Of a stretch of 64,000 nt of DNA, positions 19,122 to 28,989 are shown one piece after another. The stretch is from assembly GCA_013286145.1 (NCBI GenBank), contig JABDGH010000004.1:5874-69873 (forward strand), read 5' to 3'. Position 1 is the first letter of the stretch, and each line of letters starts with the position of its first letter. The position numbers were made by a program, and so were the translations under genes. Source of the DNA: Verrucomicrobiota bacterium (lineage in GTDB: Bacteria > Verrucomicrobiota > Verrucomicrobiia > Methylacidiphilales > UBA1321). Below the pieces are notes generated by a model, which was not told the DNA's origin, ran no database searches, and was given only the letters and a program-made list of their open reading frames with translations.

Positions 19122-20339
19122 ATGCCACGTAACCGCTATACTCTCGCAGGGGCAATCATCGCCTTTCTCATGCTGGCGAACTTCGTCTATTATTTCTTTT
19201 CGGACTGGGGTCTCATCACGGTAAAGGTACAGAACAAGCCTTTGAGCCAGGTGATTAAAAGCATCGAGTGGCAGGGCTGGGTGAAGATCTACACCAATAT
19301 CGACCCCGATACCAAAGTAAGCATGTATGTCGATAAGGTGCCGTTGCCGGAGGCGTTGGAAAGTTTAGCCGTCAATATCACTCCCCCTCCAAATGTTGGG
19401 CGTGGAAACCCCGGTGAAGCGGGAAACGGAGCGCCTCCTGCCGGCGCACCTGGTGGAAACGGCTTTGGTGGAAGAGGCGGCGGTTTTGGCAGAGGCGGCG
19501 CACAATGGAACATGGCCTTTTTCGTCGCCGCCACCGCTGCCGATGTAAAAGCAGAGATTCGCTCTTTTGAGACGGGAACACCCGACGATAATCTCAAGAC
19601 TTACAACTATCGCACCACGCTCGGGATGCTGGCCACCGGCAGCGATGACGACAGTGATCCGCCCGTAGCCGACCCACGCCTGCAAACATGGCCGGGACTC
19701 AAAGAAGTGGTCATCCCCGTCAGCACCAACCCAACTACCCCAACGCCACTTCAAGCCGGAAACAACCAACTCGGGGCGACTCCGGCAACTCCAACCCCGG
19801 TCGGCCCTCCAACCTCCGTGCAGGGTTTTCTGCAGGCTTTTGCCCAATCCGCAGACATCTTCATCATGGCTAATTCGACATGGGATCCGCCGGTGGCCAA
19901 TCCGCCAGCACCCAGTTCTTCCATCGTCAGCGCCATCAAGAATTTCGTAAGCCATAGTCACGGCGCGTATACGCAGGCCTATGTCGTCTTTCAGCGAGTC
20001 CGCGGCCAGCGGGGTGCGGGAGATGGTGGCGGCAGACGTGACTTTGCAGGAGATACCGGTTGGAGCACGATGGATGATCGGATGCGTAACGCCGCGAATG
20101 GATTACCCGATGGCGCCAAGGCCAGTGTGCTTAACCAGCTCGACCAGGAGGCCAAATTCCGAAAGGATGTTCAAGCCGCCCCCCCCGAGCAACAACCCGC
20201 CATGCTAATCCAGCACATGCAGGCAAGAATGGCGGATAATCCCGACGGCGGTCGCATGTCACGGATGTCTCCCGAACAACGGGCGCAACGGATGCAACGG
20301 ATGGTTTCGGTTCGCATGGCTGCCCAGGGAAAGCAATGA
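19122..20339 (+). CDS. Hypothetical membrane-anchored protein with an STN-like N-terminal domain and Gly/Pro-rich linkers
   Basis: Single N-terminal TM; ITVKVQNKPLSQVIKSIE..G resembles the secretin/TonB N-terminal domain; C-terminal MSPEQRAQRM helices; ATGA overlap with the next gene. Confidence 0.6.
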   Translation: MPRNRYTLAGAIIAFLMLANFVYYFFSDWGLITVKVQNKPLSQVIKSIEWQGWVKIYTNIDPDTKVSMYVDKVPLPEALESLAVNITPPPNVGRGNPGEAGNGAPPAGAPGGNGFGGRGGGFGRGGAQWNMAFFVAATAADVKAEIRSFETGTPDDNLKTYNYRTTLGMLATGSDDDSDPPVADPRLQTWPGLKEVVIPVSTNPTTPTPLQAGNNQLGATPATPTPVGPPTSVQGFLQAFAQSADIFIMANSTWDPPVANPPAPSSSIVSAIKNFVSHSHGAYTQAYVVFQRVRGQRGAGDGGGRRDFAGDTGWSTMDDRMRNAANGLPDGAKASVLNQLDQEAKFRKDVQAAPPEQQPAMLIQHMQARMADNPDGGRMSRMSPEQRAQRMQRMVSVRMAAQGKQ

Positions 20340-20884
20340 AGTTATCTTTTTTACGAAGGCACCGTCTCATTGCCTTCACGCTGGTGGAGATGCTTGTCGT
20401 GATGGCAATTATCGCCTTGTTAAGCACGCTCTTAATACCTGCCGGACAGACGATGATCCTGAAAGCCCGCGGTTTGAAGTGCGCGGCTAATCTGCGTTCG
20501 ATCGGCATCGCGGTATCCCAGGCTGCCGCAGATAATAACAATGAATATCCGGAAATCGACCAGGCCGCTGCTCCGGTCTATCCTCCCAATAGCGGAGCCA
20601 CGAATCTCGTCGGTGCCTTGGCCGCTTATGGCATCACTACTGACACCATCAAGTGTCCCGTTGACTTGGGTTCTTCGCCCAGCAGCTTCGCGCAATATGG
20701 CTCAAGCTACCAATGGAATCCCCTCTTTGACGATGATACCACGACCACGCCCATTCTTTACCTGAATGCGAATGTCAAAATTCCCATGAACAATACCCGC
20801 GTCCGTCTCTGCACCGATTTCCTACCCATTCATAAGGGAAAAATGAATGCGCTCTACGGGGACGGCCATGTGTCAGCGCGTTGA
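20336..20884 (+). CDS. Prepilin-type N-terminal cleavage/methylation protein with H-X9-DG motif
   Basis: AFTLVEMLVVMAII, C..NLR.IG, HKGKMNALYGDGHV. Confidence 0.9.
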   Translation: MKLSFLRRHRLIAFTLVEMLVVMAIIALLSTLLIPAGQTMILKARGLKCAANLRSIGIAVSQAAADNNNEYPEIDQAAAPVYPPNSGATNLVGALAAYGITTDTIKCPVDLGSSPSSFAQYGSSYQWNPLFDDDTTTTPILYLNANVKIPMNNTRVRLCTDFLPIHKGKMNALYGDGHVSAR

Positions 20885-20951
20885 ATGATCCCAGACTCGG
20901 AATAACGTGGTTTCAACAAAGCGAATTTCCGTGTAGGGATATTCCAAGCTC

Positions 20952-21281
20952 ATGCGCGTTCCCGCCATCTTCAAATCGTACCGATTCTGGGGTATCCCGG
21001 CACTTTCGCTGGCGATGTATGGCCTGGTCATCGGTGTTTTCGGGAATATGGATATCAGCGGATTTCTGCCGATGAAGCTGGCAACCTCCATCGCCGTCCA
21101 CTGGCCCGAGATGCCATTTTTCGCAGTGAGCAAGGGTATCGCCCCCGATGGCAAAAGCCATGAAACCTATTATACCGTGCCGACCCGGCAACTCACGGCA
21201 CGGGAACTCGCCTTGTTCGAAGCGGAAAAAAAGAAACCGAAGCCTACTTCCCAACCAGCGCCTTCTCCGGCGGCGCGATAA
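20952..21281 (+). CDS. Small hypothetical membrane protein
   Basis: ATG start, one hydrophobic segment, Lys/Pro-rich tail; its 3' end overlaps the convergent hydrolase gene. Confidence 0.45.
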   Translation: MRVPAIFKSYRFWGIPALSLAMYGLVIGVFGNMDISGFLPMKLATSIAVHWPEMPFFAVSKGIAPDGKSHETYYTVPTRQLTARELALFEAEKKKPKPTSQPAPSPAAR

Positions 21282-22155
21282 AATTCAGGACATCGTCCCA
21301 CCATGACAATTCGGGCGAACGCGGCCAATTGCCATGCCCGAATCCCTTTTCGAGGATCATCTTTTTGGGGTTCGACAGATGCGCAAAGAAATTAAGCGTG
21401 AGCGACGGTGGAATCACTCCATCCCGGTCACCGCGCATAACGCAGACCGGATGCTTGAAGTGCTCGAGATTGGCGATGGAATCGTACTTATCGACAAGCA
21501 GCCACCTGACCGGAACGCAGGGATACATGGATAGCCCCACGTTCGCGAGATTGTCCCAGGGCATCAGGAGCGCAAGGCCATGGACGGGCAGGGTCGTATC
21601 TGCACAAACAGCCGCAGAAATTCCTGTTCCCAGCGACTCACCCCAGACGTAGATGGGCCCATAACCCGCTTGATCCAGGGAACGGATCAAGGCACGGGCA
21701 TCCGGCACAATCGCGGTTTCACTGGGGATGCCGGGTCTTCCTCCAAAACCGGGATACTCGTAAAGAAAAACACGGAAACCCCGACGGGCAATGGCATCAG
21801 CATCCCATGTTCGATCCACGCACCATTCGCCATTGCCATGAAAAAAGATGATGGTGCCACGCGATGTCGGCCCGGTGAAACTGGGACGGATATAACCTTC
21901 GAGTATGAACGAACCGTTAACGGAATCATTCCAAGGCACCAATCCGGCAGCTTTAGCCCGGAGTAACGCTTTTTGAGGCTCAATGTGGCCTTTCAGGGAT
22001 CCCGGATAAATAAGTCGGGTCTGCTCAAGGTAAAGATAGGCGCAAATAATCACGTACCCGATCAAAAGACAAACAAGCAATCGCTTGAGCAGTGTGATCG
22101 GCGAATACCAGGACCACCGGGAAGAGGGCTTTGCCGTGGGAACAGAGTCGGACAT
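21244..22155 (-). CDS. Alpha/beta hydrolase (ABHD13/YfhR-like)
   Basis: N-terminal TM, FFHGNGE, EYPGFG, nucleophile motif WGESLG, GDRDGVIP, GHGN. Confidence 0.9.
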   Translation of the reverse strand: MSDSVPTAKPSSRWSWYSPITLLKRLLVCLLIGYVIICAYLYLEQTRLIYPGSLKGHIEPQKALLRAKAAGLVPWNDSVNGSFILEGYIRPSFTGPTSRGTIIFFHGNGEWCVDRTWDADAIARRGFRVFLYEYPGFGGRPGIPSETAIVPDARALIRSLDQAGYGPIYVWGESLGTGISAAVCADTTLPVHGLALLMPWDNLANVGLSMYPCVPVRWLLVDKYDSIANLEHFKHPVCVMRGDRDGVIPPSLTLNFFAHLSNPKKMILEKGFGHGNWPRSPELSWWDDVLNFIAPPEKALVGK

Positions 22156-22255
22156 GGTTGAAATTTACCAAAATCTCTCAAAAAAACCAATCGTCACGAA
22201 AAAGGTGAGTTCTAGCTTGCCGCAACTGCCGCACAACGCGCACACTTCACGGGCT

Positions 22256-23224
22256 ATGGATAATACCGGCCCGCAGGTTTTCACCGGAAACGCCAACCCC
22301 GCCCTCGCCCAGGAAATTGCCGACTATGTCGGAGTCCCCCTTGGCCAGGCCACGGTCAACTCCTTCCCGGACGGCGAGACCTTCGTTAAAATCAACGAGA
22401 ATATTCGCGGACGCGATATCTATATCGTTCAGCCCTCGGCACCGCCGACCAACCAGAATTTGATGGAGTTGCTCATTATGATTGATGCGGCGCGACGGGC
22501 CAGCGCGCATCGCATCACTGCCGTGATGCCCTTTTACGGCTATGCCCGGCAGGATCGCAAGGATCAGCCTCGCGTTCCGATTACTGCCAAACTCGTGGCC
22601 AATCTCCTCGTGGCCAGCGGCGCACATCGCGTACTGACCATGGATCTGCACGCGCAACAAATTCAGGGATTTTTTGATATTCCCGTGGATCACCTCTACG
22701 CCGCACCAGTTCTCTATCGCTACCTCGCCTCACTGAAGCTGGATAATTTACTCGTGGTCTCTCCCGACGTCGGCGGCATGAAAATGGCCTCCGCCTATTC
22801 CCAACTGCTCAACACGGGACTGGCCATCGTCGCCAAGCGGCGCACCAGCCCGACTTCGGTCGAATCGCAATATCTCGTCGGAGATGTCGAGGGCAAGGAC
22901 ATCCTGCTCGTCGATGATTTGACCGAAACCGCCGGCACCCTCACCGGTGCAGCCAAGCTGGTCAAGGAGCATGGCGCCAAACGCGTCATCGCTGCGGTTT
23001 CCCATACCCTCTTCACGGACATCGCGCACAAGCGCCTGCAGGAATCGGCTATCGACGAACTCGTCACCACCAACAGCACGATCGTCCGCCCGATTCCCGG
23101 GTTCAAGCTGACGGTGCTCAGCGTGGCCAGCCTACTCGGCGAGGCCATCAAACGCATTCATGGTGGTGAATCGGTTTCCTCCCTTTTCGATATCAACGGA
23201 AAAAGTAATAAGAAAAACGCTTAA
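22256..23224 (+). CDS. prs: Ribose-phosphate pyrophosphokinase
   Basis: FPDGETFVKI, PFYGYARQDRK, DLHAQQIQGFF, VVSPDVGG, VDDLTETAGTL; ATG at 22256. Confidence 0.97.
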   Translation: MDNTGPQVFTGNANPALAQEIADYVGVPLGQATVNSFPDGETFVKINENIRGRDIYIVQPSAPPTNQNLMELLIMIDAARRASAHRITAVMPFYGYARQDRKDQPRVPITAKLVANLLVASGAHRVLTMDLHAQQIQGFFDIPVDHLYAAPVLYRYLASLKLDNLLVVSPDVGGMKMASAYSQLLNTGLAIVAKRRTSPTSVESQYLVGDVEGKDILLVDDLTETAGTLTGAAKLVKEHGAKRVIAAVSHTLFTDIAHKRLQESAIDELVTTNSTIVRPIPGFKLTVLSVASLLGEAIKRIHGGESVSSLFDINGKSNKKNA

Positions 23225-23271
23225 AAACCGATGGGCCGATGGATGTGCATTGAGCCTGTCACGGTGGCGAC

Positions 23272-24522
23272 ATGAAGATTTGTGATGTCACCCAGTTTTA
23301 CTCGCCCGTCAGCGGCGGGGTGAAACGCTATATCTCGGAAAAGCGTCGCCACGTTGTCGAACACACGTGCGACGAGCACCACCTCATCGTACCCGGAAAT
23401 GAGACCCGCTATGAACGCGAAGGACGGCTTCATCTCCACACCATTCGCTCGCCCCGGCTCGATTTCTTTTCGCGATATCCCTCGCGTTACCGGCTGATCC
23501 TGAATACGAGGCTCGTCCTTGATCTTCTCGATGAGATACGGCCTGATGTGATCGAATCGGGTGATCCTTACCATCTCGCATGGACTGCCCTGCGCGCCGG
23601 TCATCAATTGCATGCGCCGGTCTTTGGTTTCTATCATTCGCATTTTCCGGAAGCTTACCTGCGCACTGCTCTTAAATACGGAGGTTCCTGGCTGCGTGAT
23701 GCCGTGCTCAGTTATGCGCAGGATTATATCGTCCGGCTTTACAGTCTTTTCAACACAACATTGGTGCCCTCGGAACACCTTCGCCAGGTTCTCTACGGCT
23801 GGGGTGTGACGAACACGGTAACGCTCAATCTCGGTGTCGATACCAAGGCGTTTCGACCTGTTTCCAGTGACGACACGTTACGCGATGAACTGGGACTTCC
23901 CCGCGACAAAAAAATCCTGCTGTACGTGGGCCGTCTCTCCCCGGAGAAAAATATCGAGATGCTTCTGGCCGCTTTTGAAGTGCTCCATGCCCGACATCCG
24001 AACACCTACCATCTCGTCATTGTCGGCGACGGTCCTTTACGCCGCGTTTTGCCCGCAACACGTCATCGTACCGGAGCGCTCACCTGGCGTTCCTACATTC
24101 AAGACAACGATCTACTGGCGCGTTATTACCATGCCGCCGATCTTTTCATCCATCCCGGCGTTTGCGAAACATTTGGTCTCGTCGTCCTCGAAGCACAGGC
24201 CTGCGGACTGCCCTGCGTAGGCATTCGCGGCAGCTTCATGGACGCCAATATCATGGTGGGGATCGATCAATGGGCGAAGCGAAATGAGCCGGTTGATCTG
24301 GCCAATGCCATCGAACGATTTGAAAAACTCGATCTTGCCGCGCTCGGTGTCGAGGCTTCCCGGCTCGTCCATGCCCGCTTTTCCTGGGACAAAGTTTTTA
24401 CCCGTCAATGGGATCTCTATACTCGCGCGCGATTGCACGGCACAGAGGCGCTTCATTCCTATCAACCGCATCCGCTATCCGCTCGCAACCCGATCTTGTT
24501 AACCGGTGGAGACCTCTCTTAA
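23272..24522 (+). CDS. GT4-family glycosyltransferase (alpha-mannosyltransferase-like)
   Basis: SGGVKRYI, LYVGRLSPEKNI, GDGP, ETFGLVVLEAQACGLP. Confidence 0.9.
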   Translation: MKICDVTQFYSPVSGGVKRYISEKRRHVVEHTCDEHHLIVPGNETRYEREGRLHLHTIRSPRLDFFSRYPSRYRLILNTRLVLDLLDEIRPDVIESGDPYHLAWTALRAGHQLHAPVFGFYHSHFPEAYLRTALKYGGSWLRDAVLSYAQDYIVRLYSLFNTTLVPSEHLRQVLYGWGVTNTVTLNLGVDTKAFRPVSSDDTLRDELGLPRDKKILLYVGRLSPEKNIEMLLAAFEVLHARHPNTYHLVIVGDGPLRRVLPATRHRTGALTWRSYIQDNDLLARYYHAADLFIHPGVCETFGLVVLEAQACGLPCVGIRGSFMDANIMVGIDQWAKRNEPVDLANAIERFEKLDLAALGVEASRLVHARFSWDKVFTRQWDLYTRARLHGTEALHSYQPHPLSARNPILLTGGDLS

Positions 24523-24527
24523 AACTC

Positions 24528-25508
24528 TTACGTCTCCCAGTTGAGTTCCGCCAGATAGACGCCACCCTGTCCCCAACCGGCGCGGGAGGCATACCATTTC
24601 CCCTCGGGAGTCTGGATGATTTCGGCGGCATGGGCGGGAAATTTTCCGACCTCATTTGCCATGTCCCAATGAAACGGTGAATCGCTTTCATAAACCGCCG
24701 ACTGGTTGTAGCCAGCATTCGTGCAAACAAAGAGATAGTGTTTTCCGTTTCGACTGACCACGAAGGGCGATTCCGTAGGCCCGCCATAAGTACCAACCTC
24801 AGGATGGCGGAAGACTTCCTTTTTATTCGACCAATGGGTGAGGTCCTGGCTGGTAACAGACTCCACCGTATGATTTCCACCATGCGGAGTACTCGTGGCC
24901 GTGTAATAGAGCACCCATTGGTCATCGACCTTGAGAACCATCGGGTCGCGAGCGTCATAGCCATCAACAACCATCGGGTTGGCAGAACTCCGTTCCCAAT
25001 GGAAAAGATCCGTCGAGGTCGCGAGGTGAATGCGATATTTGGCGTGATCCTCCCCGCCTTTATCACTCACCCCTCCACCGCAATAATACATCCAGTAAGA
25101 GCCGTCGTTCCGCAACACATAGGGAGCCCAGACATGTGTTTCCCCTGCGCTTTTGTTGGCTGGCAAAATGGGATCCTGCCTGGTCCAAGGCCCCATGAGA
25201 TTGGGAGCCGTGGCGTGAGCAAAAATTTTCTCGTCTAGCGGAGCGGCTGGCTCCCGATGGGTTATGCCGAAGAGATGCCACTGCCCGTCCTCGGCGCGGA
25301 TGAAGGTGTGGTCATTGATGTACCATTTCTCTTTCTCTCCAATTGAGGGATCGTAAATTTTTTTAAAGTCACCCACATGTAATACCGGCTTGCGAGCGGT
25401 TACCGGACTGTTGGTGACTTGGGCAGCGACAACAGGCGCAACGCAACTTGCAGCCGCACCCCCGGCGATACCAAGGAATTGACGGCGGGAAAAATGGGAG
25501 GGCTTCAT
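24528..25508 (-). CDS. Tat-exported five-bladed beta-propeller glycoside hydrolase (GH32/GH43-like)
   Basis: SRRQFLG Tat motif; YINDH, WAP, ARDPMV, TESP. Confidence 0.8.
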   Translation of the reverse strand: MKPSHFSRRQFLGIAGGAAASCVAPVVAAQVTNSPVTARKPVLHVGDFKKIYDPSIGEKEKWYINDHTFIRAEDGQWHLFGITHREPAAPLDEKIFAHATAPNLMGPWTRQDPILPANKSAGETHVWAPYVLRNDGSYWMYYCGGGVSDKGGEDHAKYRIHLATSTDLFHWERSSANPMVVDGYDARDPMVLKVDDQWVLYYTATSTPHGGNHTVESVTSQDLTHWSNKKEVFRHPEVGTYGGPTESPFVVSRNGKHYLFVCTNAGYNQSAVYESDSPFHWDMANEVGKFPAHAAEIIQTPEGKWYASRAGWGQGGVYLAELNWET

Positions 25509-25541
25509 TTTTTGCGAGCGTATGTGCCTGGAAATACTTGT

Positions 25542-26327
25542 CTAGCCCGATGATGGCAGGCGTTCGTTGTCGATCAGTCGTGTTTTCCCGACCCAGACCG
25601 CAACGCAGAGACGCCCCCCAGCAATCTCGACGTAATCGAGTCGCAAACCGGCAAGACGCTTCAGTTGGCGACGAAGCCATGCGGCTTGATTGGCTTTCTG
25701 CTTCGTTGCCTCTTGAAGCAACCGGGCGAATTTCACCGCGATGGTTCGTTCCTCCGGTGAGAGGTACCGATTGCGCGAACTAAGTGCGAGGCCATCGGAA
25801 TCACGCACGGTCGGCACGGCAATCAATTTCACGGGGACATTCAGATCGCGCACTATGCGACGAATGACATCGACCTGCTGTGCGTCCTTTTGCCCGAAAT
25901 AGGCCCGCGTCGGATGCACGAGGTTGAAGAGTTTTAATACGACCGTGGCCACACCCCGAAAATGGCCGGGGCGCGAAGTACCGCATCGTCCCTGGGAAAA
26001 ATGGTTCTCCTCCACGAAGGTCGAGTGATCGGGTAAATAGAGATTGGCCGGCGCAAAGACTAAATCGACACCTGCCGCACGACAGAGAGCCAGATCGCGG
26101 TGCCGTGGGCGTGGATAGCGGGCCAGGTCTTCCTTCGGCCCGAACTGCGTCGGGTTCACGTAGATGCTCACGACCACGCAACGACATTCCGCGCGAGCGC
26201 GACGAATGAGCGTGAGATGTCCCTCATGGAGCGCGCCCATCGTCGGCACAAACCCCACCACCTCACCCGAACGCATCCAGATGGCGCTCTGCCGCTGCAT
26301 CGCGGCCATGGAACCGATCACTTTCAT
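25542..26327 (-). CDS. panC: Pantoate--beta-alanine ligase
   Basis: FVPTMGALHEGH, VSIYVNPTQF, RPGHFRGV, FGQKDAQQ, LALSSRN, RLIDN. Confidence 0.97.
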   Translation of the reverse strand: MKVIGSMAAMQRQSAIWMRSGEVVGFVPTMGALHEGHLTLIRRARAECRCVVVSIYVNPTQFGPKEDLARYPRPRHRDLALCRAAGVDLVFAPANLYLPDHSTFVEENHFSQGRCGTSRPGHFRGVATVVLKLFNLVHPTRAYFGQKDAQQVDVIRRIVRDLNVPVKLIAVPTVRDSDGLALSSRNRYLSPEERTIAVKFARLLQEATKQKANQAAWLRRQLKRLAGLRLDYVEIAGGRLCVAVWVGKTRLIDNERLPSSG

Positions 26328-26388
26328 CGCTTCAACCTAACCCGTTAATGGCCTCAACCGCCAGTCTTGATCTTTTGCAGATTTTTTT

Positions 26389-26417
26389 TTGTCAATCGGC
26401 AGTAAATGCGATAGCGT
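26389..26417 (+). promoter_or_regulatory. Putative sigma70 promoter of tRNA-His
   Basis: TTGTCA-17 nt-TAGCGT ending 13 nt upstream of the tRNA. Confidence 0.5.
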
Positions 26418-26430
26418 GGGGTTTTCCAAT

Positions 26431-26503
26431 GGCGGCCGTAGCTCAATGGTAGAGCTCCAGTTTGTGGTACTGGCTGTTGCGGGTTCGAGTCCCGTCGGTC
26501 GCC
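26431..26503 (+). tRNA. tRNA-His (anticodon GTG)
   Basis: Encoded G-1, acceptor GCGGCCG/CGGTCGC, anticodon arm CCAGT-TTGTGGT-ACTGG, GGTTCGAGTCC T arm, C73. Confidence 0.96.
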
Positions 26504-26715
26504 CCCTCTTTTACCTCTAAAGAGATTTTCACCTTCAAAAGTGTGGGCAGATTGTGGTCAGTTGGCGATCATAAAAGCCTATTTCAGAGGCACGTCGTTA
26601 CGGAAACCGAAGCCATTGCGTGGTTCGTCATTTCGCCCAAACACTCGAAGAATATTACCAGATCGAGCAAGTGGCCCTTTTGTACTGACCGTCCACGACG
26701 GCTTTGTATGCTCGC

Positions 26716-28515
26716 CTATTCGCTAAGCACTAAAGTTTCAGCCAATCCTTGTCTGGCCTTTCGGATTTTATAAAGACGGAAGCTATTGAAACGAATGAAT
26801 TCAAGCGCGGACAAGACGATGACAGCACCGAGTCCGGCAGCAAGGCAGAAGGAAAGATAGCCGATCCCGGAGGTTACCCAAAAAGCAAGATGATCCGGCG
26901 TGCCATATATCTGAGGATAAAAATGATTTACGGCTGGGTCTTTAATTGAATTTCCCCAAGCGATCATGGCGGAAATGACAGAGGTGCTTTCAAAAGCCAT
27001 AACGACGGCGACCATATACAAAATCAACCCGGAGCCGGCGAAGATCAAGCCGAGGGTAAGTCCGAGTTCAAGGAGATTCCTGCCTTCAAACTTCCAAAGA
27101 CTGATCACCCCAACTTGATGGCGAAGTTTGCGTATCATAAGGAAAGTTTGGCAAAAAGCCATCAGCAGGACGGCGAGGCCCAGGAGCCAGGTAAGCCATT
27201 CGGGTTCGGCGGACACCGTCGGCGGACTATCAGAAGGTAAAGCAGGGAATAGTGGAAGAAGTCCCAAGCCCATAACCAATTCAAAAGTCACCAGCATCGC
27301 TGCATAAAACAGACGGATACGCGAGGCTCGTGCGAGTTTTCTAGTCAATTCGTATCCGCATATGAAAAAGAAAAGAGCGGATAAAAGAACCATGATTTCC
27401 AATCCACCGTAATTAGTGCTGGGATGAAAAACGGCCTTCTCTGCCTGACGAAGATTTTGACTAACGGGCGGTTCGAGGAAACTGCCCAAGACCCAGCAGA
27501 AGCCGCTTCCAACAAGCGCCATGAGCCACGGCAGGGTAGGTAACGAAGGAAATATCTCATTGCGCATCGGAGCTTTTATGACCCTGTTCCGAGCAAGTCC
27601 GCGAATTATAAAAATTCCCGCGCAAATCAAAAGAGCCAACCCGAAAGGGAGGATATTCGCTATATAAATAACCGAGACGATCAGCACATCCACAAATTTC
27701 CACTTTAGAAAGTCACTTTGAATATTACCGGTGAAGGTAACCTCTGAGGCGGTTGGCATGTGATAGACTTCGCGAATCGACAGGTTCCCGATCCCCTCGC
27801 CAACGAAAGGCGATAGCGCAAGCACCAGAATGAGCGTCCCTGCCACGGCCAACAGCACGGAAATTTCTTCATTAGCCGCATTTCTTTTCCACCACCACAC
27901 ATTCAAAACAAGAAGGCAGATCAAGCTCAGGGAAATCGGAAGCCAGCCAAAAGATGCGGCCATGTGACCCCACCCCGTTCCGATGATTTTTTCGGTCAGC
28001 GGATTGTAAAAGAGAATGTGCAGGAGAGGGATGAGGCAGAAGGCATTCCCAATACCGGCCAGCACAGCATTTTTTTGCGCTTTGTCTGGTAACAAAATCA
28101 GCGTGGCTACCAGGCAGACCCATGCCATTCCCCATAGCTTTGGCTCAGATACCCACGGATCAAATATATATCCTGGCTGAGCTTCCTGATAGCCTTGTTG
28201 GACGCAAAAAGAAAAGGTGAGACCGAAAAGAAAGAGAAGAAGTGCGGGCCTCCACCACGCAATGAGTAAGCGCCACAATGCAGGCATGAGTTTGTCTTTG
28301 GCAAATTCAAGCGCCAGTGCAGACGCGGGGCCAAGCCCGCCCAAGGAGCGAGTCCAAGCGTTTTCCGGCGTCAGTCCCTCCTTGAGTTTGGCATCAACGG
28401 AAAAACGGAGATGATCTTCCAACTCGTCGATTTCCTCGCTTGAAAAAGCCAGTGTCGCTTCGATCTCCTGCCGCCATTGGCGAAGGCTCTGCTCAAGATC
28501 AAACATATCAGGCAC
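26716..28515 (-). CDS. Permease-prefix-domain polytopic membrane protein
   Basis: N-terminal EIDELEDHL...GL..E.AW......LG pattern followed by many TM segments; overlaps padR. Confidence 0.75.
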   Translation of the reverse strand: MPDMFDLEQSLRQWRQEIEATLAFSSEEIDELEDHLRFSVDAKLKEGLTPENAWTRSLGGLGPASALALEFAKDKLMPALWRLLIAWWRPALLLFLFGLTFSFCVQQGYQEAQPGYIFDPWVSEPKLWGMAWVCLVATLILLPDKAQKNAVLAGIGNAFCLIPLLHILFYNPLTEKIIGTGWGHMAASFGWLPISLSLICLLVLNVWWWKRNAANEEISVLLAVAGTLILVLALSPFVGEGIGNLSIREVYHMPTASEVTFTGNIQSDFLKWKFVDVLIVSVIYIANILPFGLALLICAGIFIIRGLARNRVIKAPMRNEIFPSLPTLPWLMALVGSGFCWVLGSFLEPPVSQNLRQAEKAVFHPSTNYGGLEIMVLLSALFFFICGYELTRKLARASRIRLFYAAMLVTFELVMGLGLLPLFPALPSDSPPTVSAEPEWLTWLLGLAVLLMAFCQTFLMIRKLRHQVGVISLWKFEGRNLLELGLTLGLIFAGSGLILYMVAVVMAFESTSVISAMIAWGNSIKDPAVNHFYPQIYGTPDHLAFWVTSGIGYLSFCLAAGLGAVIVLSALEFIRFNSFRLYKIRKARQGLAETLVLSE

Positions 28516-28831
28516 CCCAGGCTTCAGTCAGGGTCTCGTGTACTGCAAGCCACTCCTGACGACGCTTTCCCAAAGATTCGCGGCCTTTGGCGGTTAACGA
28601 GTAATAACGGCGTTTACGTTCACCATTGACGGCTTCCCATCGTGATTTCAGAAGGCCGCGTCTTTCAAGACGATGTAACACGGGATAAAGCATGCCTTCC
28701 GTCCATTCCATTTCACCCTTGGAAAACGTCCTGACTTTTTCAGCGATGGCGTATCCGTAATTTTCACCTCGTTGTAATAGCGATAACACGAGCGGTTCTG
28801 TCGAAGCGGCTATAAGTTCACGAGAAATCAT
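28508..28831 (-). CDS. PadR-family transcriptional regulator
   Basis: YGYAI, EGMLYPVLHRLE, RRYYSLT.KG. Confidence 0.93.
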   Translation of the reverse strand: MISRELIAASTEPLVLSLLQRGENYGYAIAEKVRTFSKGEMEWTEGMLYPVLHRLERRGLLKSRWEAVNGERKRRYYSLTAKGRESLGKRRQEWLAVHETLTEAWGA

Positions 28832-28844
28832 GACAATTTCACAT

Positions 28845-28863
28845 TACCTAATGCAACTAGGTA
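28845..28863. promoter_or_regulatory. Putative PadR operator
   Basis: TACCTA-N7-TAGGTA palindrome ending 14 nt upstream of the padR ATG, adjacent to a TTGATA -35-like hexamer on the minus strand. Confidence 0.6.
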
Positions 28864-28947
28864 TATCAAGGTATTTTCTACCACCGCAAGCGTGGTAGTC
28901 CATAAATGTAGTAACCCGTTGGACGGTGCTTATGACAAACTCAACCC

Positions 28948-28989
28948 TTGTCATTTACGCATAATGCGTTAGTATTTACGCAATATGCG
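28948..28989 (+). promoter_or_regulatory. Promoter with two palindromic operators for the MNT-HEPN operon
   Basis: TTGTCA..TAGTAT; ACGCAT-A-ATGCGT (28957-28969) and CGCA-ATA-TGCG (28979-28989); ATTTACGCA repeated at 21-nt spacing. Confidence 0.6.

Noticed and set aside
26504-26715. Integrase expected next to tRNA-His
   Set aside because: Only about 210 nt separate the tRNA from the next gene, and no tyrosine or serine recombinase motifs are visible in any ORF of the islands
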